Of a stretch of DNA of 64,000 nucleotides, positions 21,550-31,983 are shown one piece after another (the first letter of the stretch is position 1; the number at the start of each line of letters is the position of its first letter). Location: the NCBI GenBank assembly GCA_023251075.1, contig JAHEZM010000011.1:23663-87662 (forward strand), read 5' to 3'. The position numbers and the translations under genes were made by a program. Below the pieces are notes generated by a model that saw nothing but the letters and a program-made list of their open reading frames with translations, searched no databases and was not told where the DNA came from. Origin of the DNA: Flavobacteriales bacterium (GTDB taxonomy: Bacteria; Bacteroidota; Bacteroidia; Flavobacteriales_C; GCA-002722245).

Positions 21550-24500
21550 TAGGTTCCCTGTTCTATAATACGTTCAATAATTTCATCTGTAGTAAGCCCT
21601 TTCAATGCATCTTCATCTTCCCACAACATTCCGGTTAAATCACGCTTCTTCCCCTTAGAAAAAGAATTTTTCTCATAAGCACCCGATACGCCATAGTAAA
21701 CAGTTCTTGATCCGTCGAATTCATTAATTACTTTAAAAAGATAGAACTCCATTTCTTCATCATTGTAATTGATGGTTTTCTTTTCTAAAAAATTTAATTC
21801 CGATGGCGTGAACTCTTCGTACGAATAACAATAAGAATACAAATCACTTTTAGTGATAGTAATTTCATCGGTCATGAACTTAGGTAAGATAGATGCTTTT
21901 CCAGCTTTCGACATCGCAAAATAAATTTGACTTTGATAAAGCTGATTGGAAAACATTTTGTCTTTAATATCGCTATCGATCATTTTATCTTTCAACAAAA
22001 ACTGAATGATCACTTCTGATGTAAAATAATCATCGTTAAATAATTTTATTGCTTCTCGTAACTGAGTATCGATCTCTTCATTATCCAATTTCAATGCATA
22101 CATTAAAACCACTCCGCTATTCAACCAATAAGGAACGTAAGAGTCAGGATTAGTTTCAAAATCAACTTTAGCATCATTCAAATGTTCTTTAAAAACTTTT
22201 CTGATCACGCTACCTTGCTTTAATACTACTTCTCTTGAAATCCAATTGCTATCCAAAGCATCCTTCAACATAAAATACATCGACTGCATAATGATTTTAT
22301 TATCGAGTAAAGGCAAAAGTTTTGGATATAATTCTCTCACTAAATCGGATGAATCTCTCATTGCCGATAAAATTGAACTCAATGTGAAATCGGCATCGAT
22401 AATAGATGTGTCGCTATACAATGCCACACTCAATTCCTTCATGGATGCAATAGATCGGCAATCGGAATAAAAATTAAGAGCCCTTACTTTGTCTCTTGCC
22501 GATAATTTACTGTACAATTTCTTCATTTTAGGAAGAGTCTTTTCCTGAGGCAAATCTTCAAGAGCAGAAAACAAACTTCCTTTGATAGAAAAATAACTTA
22601 AGGAATCATCTTCATATTGTTTTGGCAGAACAGTAAAGAGGAAATCCACATCACTTTCCTCCCATTTCACCGACTTTAATCCATCATTAATGTCATTTGC
22701 GGAAATATTAGGATTTAAAAGTTGTTCCTTCACCACTACTTTTTTATCGGCAAATAAATTTCCTATAACTTTTGAATTATCGATTGCAAAACTTTCAAAA
22801 AATCCTTTTACTGATTCCCCTTCTTTTTGCTCGGGCACATAATAAACCACCATTGAATAAAGTGTATTTCCTGCCAAAATATGCACTTCTTTTTTTTCAT
22901 TGACAGAGTGAGGCATGTCATAAATATATTCTATTCTATACCCTTCTCCCGCTTTCTTTATGTCACCATAAATTAAACTATCATTTTCCGAAAAAAACAT
23001 TTCTTTGGTATCTTCTATCAACGACGAATCATTCACTTGATGCAATAAAGAATACTCACGAACATTCAATATATATACTGCCGATGATGATTTATCGGCA
23101 CCGTGAATTTCGAGTTCTTTCACTACTCCATTGGATAAATAATCGGTAGTATCGGTTTTATAAATTTTAGGAAAATTAAGTGTAATTATTCCCTCATTAA
23201 AAGGAGTGCTTTTTAATTCTGCTTTATCAAAAGGAATAAATTGAAACGATTGAAGAAACTCATCTACTTCCCCTTTATGCTTTGGTTGATAGGTTGCCAT
23301 AACATTATAAATTCTATTCAATCTACTCACTAACATCAACGAATAACTTACATCTTTTTCTTTGAGTTCCATTGTTCGGGAAACATAACCGTTGAACCTG
23401 CTGTACTCATCTTTCAGCACTTTAACATTACCAAAACCTTGGGAGGCACCATCACCAATCATTTGTAAAAACGCACTATCCTGATCAATGTATTTTCCGT
23501 TGGTATACTCCATCACCTGAACAATATAGTTCACTCCCGATTTCTGATTATTGGCGAGATACAAACGAATATCCAAATCGGCACCCCCCATATCCATTTT
23601 CCTCTCCGTAGGTTTTCCAGGTAGATTTGCAGAAAAAGCATCACGTGAAGAAGAGAAAGAACCCAACTTTTTTTCAATGAGATCTTTCGGTTTGAATGAA
23701 GCAATAAACTGATCAAAATATTTTACCGCATCAGGATGATTTTGATGCCCTAGCATCAAAAGATAAAGCATTTTACCTTTGCGAAAAAGCACAATATTAT
23801 AATCATACGAAAGCATTTGAACATGCGCTTTCAAAGCATCACTTCCATACAATTCAATTTTTTCTTTACTGATCAACTTCCCCTCTTTCTTTTTGATCAT
23901 TTGAGTAAGAAGCATCGAATAAAACTTTTTATTGCTTGTATTTTCAAATTCTGAAGAGGTAAAAACACCATAACTAAAAAACACCATTCCTTTTCCTAAA
24001 TCATAATAGCAATGCATATCTGTTTCGGTGAAAGGAATTTTTATGGGAGAAGATTCACCAGGATATTGAATCTCATATGCTGCCATTTCATCGGTCATTG
24101 ATTTCCAATGTGGTTTTGCTGTTTTAACAGGATACATGCTTGCTTTACCTGTTTTTACAGGCATCACAGGGGTAAGCGTATACCCTAATTTGCGAAGCAA
24201 AGTCACCAATCCTTTATCCCCTGGAAGATGACCACAACCCACCGCAAAAAAACAAGTTGCTTTACTCACAATGGTATCAATACTGTGGGCCATAATTTCA
24301 TTTCTATCATCAAGCAGCACTTTTTTATACTCCTGATCAAAAGATAAACTATCGCTGAAACGCGCATAAATTTTCTTCAAATCATTGCGCTGATAATCAT
24401 CTACCAACGTTGCCCATGAACGTATTTGTTCTATAGCATCTACTTCTAACTGATATTGTTTTTTTACACTGTATTTATAATTCATCAAGCGCCTGGTGCT

Positions 24501-25037
24501 TGCTTCCATCGACTCTAAACCATATATTTTTTTTTCTTCACCTCCCGCTAAATCGTACAAATACAAATCAACAAACACAGGTTTATCTTTTGCCGTTTTT
24601 TTTGCTTCACTCAATAATGAACGAATCAATTCAGGATTTTTGTTTTTGATTTGATTCAAACTTATTCCCGATTCCCTTTGTAATTTTTCATCGATGATAT
24701 TGTACTCATCAATTCCAATTTCATTTTTCAGTTGATCATCGTCGGAATAAAAAGATTTTGAAACATATTTTTCTATAGAACCAAACAACATTTTATTCAT
24801 ACTATCGGGATGCACTTCCATGGCATAAGCATCACAACTGCCAAAAGCCAACAATACAGAATCTGCAAAATCAAATGCGCGCGGATCACGCACATGCATT
24901 GTTCCATACAAGTAAGAAGTTTTAATTCCTTTACCCGATATTTTCCAAAGAAGAGTATTTTCGATGGGGGTGTTTTGAGCTTGAACTAATGCGCTGAAAA
25001 AAACAAGCGACAGTATAGCTATATCTTTAAATTTCAT
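21546..25037 (-). CDS. large secreted protein with N-terminal TraB/GumN (Tiki-like) domain and ~870-aa C-terminal extension
   Basis: Signal peptide. YLYGTMHV and AVGCGHLPGDKGL motifs of the TraB/GumN family within the first ~290 aa. The remainder is unrecognized. Converges on the LRR gene with a 4-nt overlap. Confidence 0.7.
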   Translation of the reverse strand: MKFKDIAILSLVFFSALVQAQNTPIENTLLWKISGKGIKTSYLYGTMHVRDPRAFDFADSVLLAFGSCDAYAMEVHPDSMNKMLFGSIEKYVSKSFYSDDDQLKNEIGIDEYNIIDEKLQRESGISLNQIKNKNPELIRSLLSEAKKTAKDKPVFVDLYLYDLAGGEEKKIYGLESMEASTRRLMNYKYSVKKQYQLEVDAIEQIRSWATLVDDYQRNDLKKIYARFSDSLSFDQEYKKVLLDDRNEIMAHSIDTIVSKATCFFAVGCGHLPGDKGLVTLLRKLGYTLTPVMPVKTGKASMYPVKTAKPHWKSMTDEMAAYEIQYPGESSPIKIPFTETDMHCYYDLGKGMVFFSYGVFTSSEFENTSNKKFYSMLLTQMIKKKEGKLISKEKIELYGSDALKAHVQMLSYDYNIVLFRKGKMLYLLMLGHQNHPDAVKYFDQFIASFKPKDLIEKKLGSFSSSRDAFSANLPGKPTERKMDMGGADLDIRLYLANNQKSGVNYIVQVMEYTNGKYIDQDSAFLQMIGDGASQGFGNVKVLKDEYSRFNGYVSRTMELKEKDVSYSLMLVSRLNRIYNVMATYQPKHKGEVDEFLQSFQFIPFDKAELKSTPFNEGIITLNFPKIYKTDTTDYLSNGVVKELEIHGADKSSSAVYILNVREYSLLHQVNDSSLIEDTKEMFFSENDSLIYGDIKKAGEGYRIEYIYDMPHSVNEKKEVHILAGNTLYSMVVYYVPEQKEGESVKGFFESFAIDNSKVIGNLFADKKVVVKEQLLNPNISANDINDGLKSVKWEESDVDFLFTVLPKQYEDDSLSYFSIKGSLFSALEDLPQEKTLPKMKKLYSKLSARDKVRALNFYSDCRSIASMKELSVALYSDTSIIDADFTLSSILSAMRDSSDLVRELYPKLLPLLDNKIIMQSMYFMLKDALDSNWISREVVLKQGSVIRKVFKEHLNDAKVDFETNPDSYVPYWLNSGVVLMYALKLDNEEIDTQLREAIKLFNDDYFTSEVIIQFLLKDKMIDSDIKDKMFSNQLYQSQIYFAMSKAGKASILPKFMTDEITITKSDLYSYCYSYEEFTPSELNFLEKKTINYNDEEMEFYLFKVINEFDGSRTVYYGVSGAYEKNSFSKGKKRDLTGMLWEDEDALKGLTTDEIIERIIEQGTY

Positions 25038-25048
25038 TGAACGAAATA

Positions 25049-25546
25049 TTATTTATCTGTAAAGTATTTATGAAAATCGTCAGCCGGCATTACTATGTCG
25101 ATAGATTTAGGATCTTGCTTTCCATCGAATAAATAAATTCCCCAAATTAATTCCCCCGAATACAAATCGATAATTTTTCTTTCTCCATTATTTTTTGTGA
25201 AAACTAAAATGCGTTGGTCGCTGTCTTTGGTAGTAACTTTCATGCTATCCATGAAATGGCGCGACTCTGCTAAGTAAAACTGACTATCATCGGCAACGGT
25301 ATAAAAATCATCTTCATAGGTGCTTTGTTTTTTTAACTCTTCTATTTTCAAACTATCGGGCCAGAAAAAAAGTGCCGATTTTCCTTGAATAAAAACAGAA
25401 TCTCCGAACTCCTTAAATTGAGTGGGAAGTTCTTTTATTTCTATTGGAGGAATGATGGCCTGAGTTTCAGGAATTGGCTTATCTTCTTGTGGCTGAACAC
25501 AAGAAAAAAGAAAAAAGAAAACACTGAAATTGAATATATTTTTCAT
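25049..25546 (-). CDS. hypothetical lipoprotein
   Basis: Start moved to the internal Met (MKNIFNFSVFFFLFSC). Lipobox LFSC. Confidence 0.5.
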   Translation of the reverse strand: MKNIFNFSVFFFLFSCVQPQEDKPIPETQAIIPPIEIKELPTQFKEFGDSVFIQGKSALFFWPDSLKIEELKKQSTYEDDFYTVADDSQFYLAESRHFMDSMKVTTKDSDQRILVFTKNNGERKIIDLYSGELIWGIYLFDGKQDPKSIDIVMPADDFHKYFTDK

Positions 25547-25566
25547 TCGAAAATGAAGTGGATTAA

Positions 25567-26199
25567 TTAGGCATTTAACCAATTAGGTTTCAGCTCATCC
25601 ATAAATCCATAGCTCTCATCATCCACTCTGAATTCATTTTTAGTAACATGCCCCAATAATGTATGCGGAACTTTTGAATCGTCTAATACTTCCAAAAATT
25701 TATCATGATCAGTATCTTTAATAGAAACTACAATTCTGGATTTCGCTTCACCAAACAAATAGGCATCTCTACGAAATTCAATAGGCAGAGTAATATCGAA
25801 ACCCAATTCTTTAGGAGCTCCTGATTCAAACAAAGCAAAGAACAAACCACCAACGCCCACCTCATGCGCCGATTGCAAAATACCTACTTCGCTTAATCTC
25901 TTAATTTCAGCACGCATTTCTTGATCTTGCTGCGCATTAAAATAAGGTGCTCCTGAATCTTGAATATCATGAATATTGGATAAATAAAGAGACGACGCTA
26001 TATCATCCACTGAAGTACCAATTAAAAAAATTAAATCACTTTTTTGTTGAAAAGCAGCCGATGGTTTTTTTCCATTTCCCTTTAAAATAGAATTTGTTCT
26101 TTCTGTGAGTTCGGGTAAAACTATCATTTGATCTACAACATCCACTAAGTTTAATGGCTCTGCAATGGTTTCGATATTAAAAATTTTCATGTTGCTCAT
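25567..26199 (-). CDS. stand-alone AIR-synthase-related C-terminal domain protein (PurL/PurM-like fragment)
   Basis: SDLIFLIGTS..., LQSAHEVGVGGLFFALFESG and the C-terminal LGHVTKNEFRV match the second AIRS_C domain of FGAM synthase. A stop lies 5 codons upstream of the Met, so no N-domain is present. Confidence 0.5.
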   Translation of the reverse strand: MSNMKIFNIETIAEPLNLVDVVDQMIVLPELTERTNSILKGNGKKPSAAFQQKSDLIFLIGTSVDDIASSLYLSNIHDIQDSGAPYFNAQQDQEMRAEIKRLSEVGILQSAHEVGVGGLFFALFESGAPKELGFDITLPIEFRRDAYLFGEAKSRIVVSIKDTDHDKFLEVLDDSKVPHTLLGHVTKNEFRVDDESYGFMDELKPNWLNA

Positions 26200-26301
26200 A
26201 GTAGTTTGACTTTACTAACATTATATCTTGGTAAAATTCCAGTTTAAAACAAAAATAACTATTCTAAGTTATTACTTTAGCGAAATATACAAATAAAAGT
26301 T

Positions 26302-27771
26302 ATGGCAAATTTGTGGATAAAAAAAAGCATCAGTTCTCTTTTAAAAGAAGCTGATGATAAAGAGAAAGGATTAAAACCTACTCTAAGTGCAACAGCATTG
26401 GTAATGTTAGGTATTGGAGCGATAATAGGAGCAGGATTATTCTCTATTACCGGACAGGTTGTTGCTGAAAACACAGGTCCCGCTGTTACTTATTCTTTCA
26501 TCATCGCTGGTTTAGGTTGTGCTTTTGCCGGTTTGTGTTATGCTGAATTTGCCTCTATGATTCCAGTTGCTGGAAGTGCCTATACCTATTCCTATACGAC
26601 TTTCGGGGAATTCATTGCTTGGATAATTGGCTGGGATTTAATTTTAGAATACTCTGTTGCTGCTGCTGTGGTGGCAATAAGTTGGACTGGTTATTTGAAT
26701 AAGATGCTGGCATTTTACGACATTCATTTACCCGTAAGTTTAACCACTTCGGTGTTTGATGAAGCAGAGGGAGGAATCATCAATTTACCTGCAGTGCTAA
26801 TTGTCACCATGATGTCGTTGTTGCTCATGAAAGGAACAAAAGAATCGGCTTGGGTAAACGGAATCATTGTATCGTTAAAAGTTGCGGTAGTTCTTGCTTT
26901 TATTTTGTTAGGTTGGGGATATATTAATTACGACAATTATACTCCTTATCTACCTGAAAATACAGGTGTTTTTGGTGACTTTGGTTGGAGCGGTGTAATG
27001 GCGGGTGCCGCTATCGTATTCTTTGCATATATCGGTTTCGATGCTGTTTCAACCGCCGCACAAGAAGCAAAAAATCCTAAACGAGATATGCCTATTGGCA
27101 TTCTAGTTTCCTTAGCCATCTGTACTGTTTTATATATTCTTTTTGCACATGTAATGACGGGATTGGCTAACTACAAAGAATTTGGTGAAGGGACAGATCG
27201 ACTGGCTCCCGTTGCTACCGCAATTTCCCACACTCCGTACCTATGGATTCAAAAAGCAATTATTCTGGCTATTCTTGCAGGATATGGTTCTGTAATTCTG
27301 GTTTCATTGATGGGACAATCGAGAGTTTTCTTTTCTATGTCGAAAGACGGTTTGCTTCCTCCGGTGTTTTCTCAATTGCATCCTAAGTTTGGTACTCCTG
27401 CAAAATCAAATTTAATTCTCTTGGCTTTAGTTAGTCTTTTTGCTGCCTTTGTACCAAAAGATATCGTTGGAGAAATGGCAAGTATTGGAACCCTGTTCGC
27501 GTTTGTTCTGGTTTGTATTGGGGTATTAATCATGCGCTATGGAAAGAAATTTAAAAATCACAATACTGTTGATGGAGTTCAAACTGTAACCAATGGATTT
27601 AAAACACCATGGGTTCCTGTAGTTCCTGTTTTAGGAATTATTTTCTGCTTAGGAATGATGGTTTCCTTAGGATGGGAAACCTGGGTAAGACTTTTTGTTT
27701 GGTTGGGGATTGGTTTTATTATCTACTTTTTTTACGGAATAAAGAAAAGTAAACTGAATAACCCCAAATAA
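26302..27771 (+). CDS. APC-family amino acid permease
   Basis: 489 aa, 12 TM. The N-terminal TLSATALVMLGIGAIIGAGLFSITGQV signature is typical of amino acid permeases (PF13520). Confidence 0.9.
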   Translation: MANLWIKKSISSLLKEADDKEKGLKPTLSATALVMLGIGAIIGAGLFSITGQVVAENTGPAVTYSFIIAGLGCAFAGLCYAEFASMIPVAGSAYTYSYTTFGEFIAWIIGWDLILEYSVAAAVVAISWTGYLNKMLAFYDIHLPVSLTTSVFDEAEGGIINLPAVLIVTMMSLLLMKGTKESAWVNGIIVSLKVAVVLAFILLGWGYINYDNYTPYLPENTGVFGDFGWSGVMAGAAIVFFAYIGFDAVSTAAQEAKNPKRDMPIGILVSLAICTVLYILFAHVMTGLANYKEFGEGTDRLAPVATAISHTPYLWIQKAIILAILAGYGSVILVSLMGQSRVFFSMSKDGLLPPVFSQLHPKFGTPAKSNLILLALVSLFAAFVPKDIVGEMASIGTLFAFVLVCIGVLIMRYGKKFKNHNTVDGVQTVTNGFKTPWVPVVPVLGIIFCLGMMVSLGWETWVRLFVWLGIGFIIYFFYGIKKSKLNNPK

Positions 27772-27774
27772 AAC

Positions 27775-27812
27775 AAAAAACCTCCCGAAATTTCGGGAGG
27801 TTTTTTGTTTTA
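27775..27812. terminator. bidirectional intrinsic terminator
   Basis: aaaaaacctcccgaaatttcgggaggttttttgtttt between convergent genes. Confidence 0.65.
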
Positions 27813-27813
27813 T

Positions 27814-28299
27814 TTACAAATGATTTTTCGGACAATCGAAAAAAACCAAACGCGCAGAATTATCAATTACTTCTGTCCATTTTGATGCTTCCGTCCATAA
27901 CAACGCTGCAACACCACAAGTAGGCATATTGAATATTTTATTAGCACTCAAAGCACCAATAATATTGGTTAATGCTGGATTGTGTCCTACAATTACAACA
28001 GTATTTAATTTATTGTCGAGCTTAACAATAAATCTTATCAGTTCATTGTATTCAAAAGTGTACAAGTCTTCTTTGAATTCAATTGTATATTTTCCATCGC
28101 TTATAATTTCAATGGTTTGTTTTGCTCTCTTCGCCGTACTCGAAAAAATTGCGTCTGCTTCTTTCAATTGTGATTTTAAAATTTTATTCATTAAAGCGGC
28201 AGCATCCTCTCCTCTATGATTCAATATTCTATCATGATCTTTGGTAGAAGGATCATCCCAACTGGATTTTGCGTGACGAATAAAAATTATTTTTTTCAT
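27814..28299 (-). CDS. sixA: histidine phosphatase family protein (SixA-like phosphohistidine phosphatase)
   Basis: FIRHAKS RHG motif at the N-terminus. 161 aa. VVIVGHNPAL matches the second conserved His. Confidence 0.85.
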   Translation of the reverse strand: MKKIIFIRHAKSSWDDPSTKDHDRILNHRGEDAAALMNKILKSQLKEADAIFSSTAKRAKQTIEIISDGKYTIEFKEDLYTFEYNELIRFIVKLDNKLNTVVIVGHNPALTNIIGALSANKIFNMPTCGVAALLWTEASKWTEVIDNSARLVFFDCPKNHL

Positions 28300-29414
28300 T
28301 ACAAAGTTTTTGAAAAATCAACTACTCTTTGGGCCAATTTTTCCCATGATCTCTCTGCTTTTGTTAAAGCGATTTGTTTTTGAAAACTTTCTTTCAAATT
28401 GTTTTTGAAATACTGTTCTATAGCATTCCAAAATAATAAAGCATCTGGTTTTTCTACTACCATTCCTGTTTTACCATTTTCTACTTCCTCTGGCAAACCA
28501 CCTACATTGGTAACAATCATAGGCGTTTCAAAATGCATAGCAATAGATGCAATTCCACTTTGCGTTGCACTTTTATAAGATAAAGCGGCAACATCAGCGG
28601 CAGAAAAAAGAGTTGCTACTTCATGGTCATCAATGTAACGAACTATATCAATAATATTTTTTCCTTGCTTTTTTAATTCATCCACTGCGGGTTGATATTT
28701 TGAAAAATCTTCATAAGGTTCACCCGCAATTAGCAATGTATATTCCGAACCCGCATTCTTAAATGCCTCCAACAAAATATCCAATCCTTTGTAAGCTCTG
28801 ATAAAACCAAAAAATAAAATCACTTTTTGGTTTATAGGAATATTCAATTTTTTTTTAGCTTCTTCGGGATTTAATTTATCTCCAAAATGATTGTAAAATG
28901 GATGTGCGTGTAAAATATACTTGGCATCGGGTTTCAAGCTCAATAAATCATTTTTTACTGAATCGCTCATCACTACAAAACCATCGCAACGATTCAAAAA
29001 ATATTTAGAAAGTGGTACATCATAAAAGTGTTTTTCATGGGGAATAGCATTGTCGATGATCACAATTTTTTTTGCTTTTACTCTAGCGCAAACGGTACCT
29101 AAAGAAGGAGCAAAATAAGGCATCCAATATTTCATCAATAAAATATCTGCACCAAACTCATTAATTTTTTTTGCTGTGCTGAAATAAGTAAACGGATTTG
29201 CACTATCTAAAGTTTGTATTGCATCAATCTTATAGGCATTATCTTTCTCTTGTACCATTTGAGTTTTTCCAGGAAAAAGAAATTCAGGATATTGTCGGGA
29301 AAAAGTAAAAGCCTTCATTTGATTTTCTTTTTCTAATGCGCGAAAAAGAGAAGCATTAAACTGAGCGATACCACCACGAAAAGGATAGAAAGTACTTAAA
29401 TACGCAATCTTCAT
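28299..29414 (-). CDS. family 4 (GT-B fold) glycosyltransferase
   Basis: C-terminal GT1/GT4 signature VGGLPEEVENGKTGMVV. 371 aa. Confidence 0.85.
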   Translation of the reverse strand: MKIAYLSTFYPFRGGIAQFNASLFRALEKENQMKAFTFSRQYPEFLFPGKTQMVQEKDNAYKIDAIQTLDSANPFTYFSTAKKINEFGADILLMKYWMPYFAPSLGTVCARVKAKKIVIIDNAIPHEKHFYDVPLSKYFLNRCDGFVVMSDSVKNDLLSLKPDAKYILHAHPFYNHFGDKLNPEEAKKKLNIPINQKVILFFGFIRAYKGLDILLEAFKNAGSEYTLLIAGEPYEDFSKYQPAVDELKKQGKNIIDIVRYIDDHEVATLFSAADVAALSYKSATQSGIASIAMHFETPMIVTNVGGLPEEVENGKTGMVVEKPDALLFWNAIEQYFKNNLKESFQKQIALTKAERSWEKLAQRVVDFSKTL

Positions 29415-29453
29415 GGGCTAAAGGTAATGTGAAAAGTTTAGTTGGAAAAGAAA

Positions 29454-31871
29454 TTATCGAATGATAGTAACAGTACCTAAGACCTGAATTTTTTCTCGAT
29501 AAGTTCCTGCAGAAGGTTTACTATAAGTGTACATCGTTACATAAACCCCAATAGGTTGAAGGTCTCCGTTTTTTGTTTTACCATCCCACACCACTTCTCT
29601 ACCATTGCCTGTACCGTGGAATAATTCTTGTCCCCAACGATCAAAAATGTAAAAATTAAAATCTTCAATAGCCCATGAGTAATACACTCGATATTCCTCA
29701 TTCAAGTCATCACCATTTGTGGTAAACGCATTAGGTGCGTACACAAAATATTCAGGTTTTACATAAACGGTTTTTTCTAAAGTATCTTTACATCCATTGG
29801 CAGCGGTAACATATTGTATCACCTTATTGTATCCTGTAGTTGGTATGTCGTAAGTAAAATCATTGGTTCTAGGTTCGTAAACCAAATCTCCTTTTTCACT
29901 ATATATCCTTAAGAAAGTTGTATCGGCATCAATAGGATTACTTACTACATTAACAGTAGGATACAACATATCTACCTCCGATGGATCAACAGTGAAATCT
30001 GCTACTGGTTTAGGCATGATTGTAATGTGACTTAAAGCATCATCTTTATCGGAACACATCCCGTAATTCGTTATTTTCAGGAATACATCGTAGGTTCCCG
30101 CAGTAGCAAAAGTAAGAATACCATCTTTTCCAAATACTGTTTGTCCGTTGCTGGTTGACCATTCCCAAACGCTGGAATCACTTGCCGCTACAGAAGTATT
30201 TTTCGGATTCACTTTAAACACCGGGCATTCAGAATATGGGGCAGGATCAATAATCGCATCAGGCATTGGAATTACAGTTACCACAGCCGTATCTTTTGCC
30301 TTACACATCCCATTATCACTTTCCACCACATAAGGAGTTACTAATTTTGTGCTTCCGTTATTGGTTAAATTAATGGTGGTTTGTAAAGAATTAGGATTAC
30401 TTAATGAGGTGGCAGGAGTCCATGAATAAGTATAGCCGGCCGTTGTAGCTCCACCCAAATTAGCTGACAAACCACTGCAATATCTTTGATCAGGACCAGC
30501 ATCAGGTTTTTTGTTGTTGACTACTGCCCTCACTTTACCTTGCAGCGGACCTTGATGACAATGATCATCTACAGTATAAAAATAATCTGTAGTATTCCAA
30601 CCCGGATTCACCGCTAAACTATTGTTATTACTACCATCTAAAGCCCAGGTAATCACTGTCATTGCTCCACCTGAATATTTTGAATTTACTACTATCGGTC
30701 CACCACAATAAATAGTATCATAATTTGTAACTACCAATGGGTTTAAATCTCTTATAAAATAACGAACGGTATCAAGCAAACAAGCCGATTTTTGAAAAAT
30801 AAGATCCACATATTGATTGTCATCAGGAATATGATCATTAATGGGCGTTATAATAATTCGTCCTTTTCCATTGGCCGGATTAATAGCAACCGAATCATCA
30901 ATCAAAACATAATCCACTCCATTGGTAGCTGTTCCTGCTACAAGCACTGGAAATTTACCTATGTTATAAAGATTGGTAGTCATTTGTAAATTTACAATAG
31001 CACTATCACAACCTTCATATAACTGAGGATTAGTAGCTACTTCATGTCGATTGTAAAAATTAGAAAAGAAACTACCCGCCTCTATAAAAACCCCTGAATC
31101 GTAAGCAGCATCCTGAACATCTGACACTGCTAATTTAATATGATAGGTTTGTCCGGGTATAACAACATGCCTTGCTATTAATGGTTTTGTGAAACCATCA
31201 AACTGATTTACAAAACCATTACTGTATTGAGAAGTTCCGGAAGCTCCGGTACCATTATCTACATAGGAACCGGAATTCACATTTTTATTGATTGAGTTTA
31301 CCGATACAACTGTATTGGTATTGGGAACTATCGCTAAATTAACCGCATTGTTGGTATAAGGCCCCGAAATTCCTGGCCCACTTAAGAAGAAACCAAAAAC
31401 ATCATTGAACTGAGAGTTCACCCATTCCAAATATTCTTCAGAAGCAAAAACATACTTAATGGCTACAGAGTCGGTAATAGGAACAAAATCAAATTCCAAA
31501 ACCGCTGCATCTTTGGTAACATAAGGCGGACACAAAGCATTCAAATCAACATCTCCCGGAACACTGTAATTAACTCCTTGCCCCCCTGCATCATTATTGG
31601 GGCCAATAGCATCGGTTGCCTTACCACTGCTTAGTAACAAACCATCTTTCAAACCTACATTCGAGTTGGTGCTATTGAAATACGCTTTCATCTCAGAATT
31701 TCCTTTGAAAGTAACATTCGAAACTTTGATTTTATTACAACCCAAAAGCTTCTGTACCAAAAGATTAATATTCTGATTAGGATCCACTACCAACTGCGAA
31801 AAACCCGAATTACTTATGAAAAGCAACAGGAATAAAACGCTAAAATTGATATGTAAACGACTAAATTTCAA
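29454..31871 (-). CDS. T9SS type-B sorting-domain (gliding motility-associated C-terminal domain) cell-surface protein
   Basis: Signal peptide. C-terminus FYIFDRWGQELFHGTGNGREVVWDGKTKNGDLQPIGVYVTMYTY...GTVTIIR matches the CHU_C/type-B CTD. N-terminus resembles the choice-of-anchor-L domain. Confidence 0.8.
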   Translation of the reverse strand: MKFSRLHINFSVLFLLLFISNSGFSQLVVDPNQNINLLVQKLLGCNKIKVSNVTFKGNSEMKAYFNSTNSNVGLKDGLLLSSGKATDAIGPNNDAGGQGVNYSVPGDVDLNALCPPYVTKDAAVLEFDFVPITDSVAIKYVFASEEYLEWVNSQFNDVFGFFLSGPGISGPYTNNAVNLAIVPNTNTVVSVNSINKNVNSGSYVDNGTGASGTSQYSNGFVNQFDGFTKPLIARHVVIPGQTYHIKLAVSDVQDAAYDSGVFIEAGSFFSNFYNRHEVATNPQLYEGCDSAIVNLQMTTNLYNIGKFPVLVAGTATNGVDYVLIDDSVAINPANGKGRIIITPINDHIPDDNQYVDLIFQKSACLLDTVRYFIRDLNPLVVTNYDTIYCGGPIVVNSKYSGGAMTVITWALDGSNNNSLAVNPGWNTTDYFYTVDDHCHQGPLQGKVRAVVNNKKPDAGPDQRYCSGLSANLGGATTAGYTYSWTPATSLSNPNSLQTTINLTNNGSTKLVTPYVVESDNGMCKAKDTAVVTVIPMPDAIIDPAPYSECPVFKVNPKNTSVAASDSSVWEWSTSNGQTVFGKDGILTFATAGTYDVFLKITNYGMCSDKDDALSHITIMPKPVADFTVDPSEVDMLYPTVNVVSNPIDADTTFLRIYSEKGDLVYEPRTNDFTYDIPTTGYNKVIQYVTAANGCKDTLEKTVYVKPEYFVYAPNAFTTNGDDLNEEYRVYYSWAIEDFNFYIFDRWGQELFHGTGNGREVVWDGKTKNGDLQPIGVYVTMYTYSKPSAGTYREKIQVLGTVTIIR

Positions 31872-31983
31872 AAGATAATTTGTTTCTTGTAAGACCTTTA
31901 AACTCGATGAAAGTTACAGTTTAAACTGCTTTGTTCAAAGTTTGATTAAAACAGCTATAGTTCCTTTATCAACAATCGGGCCC

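Noticed and set aside
26277-26474. 65-aa minus ORF overlapping the amino-acid permease start
   Set aside because: Antisense to the permease 5' end, with no support.
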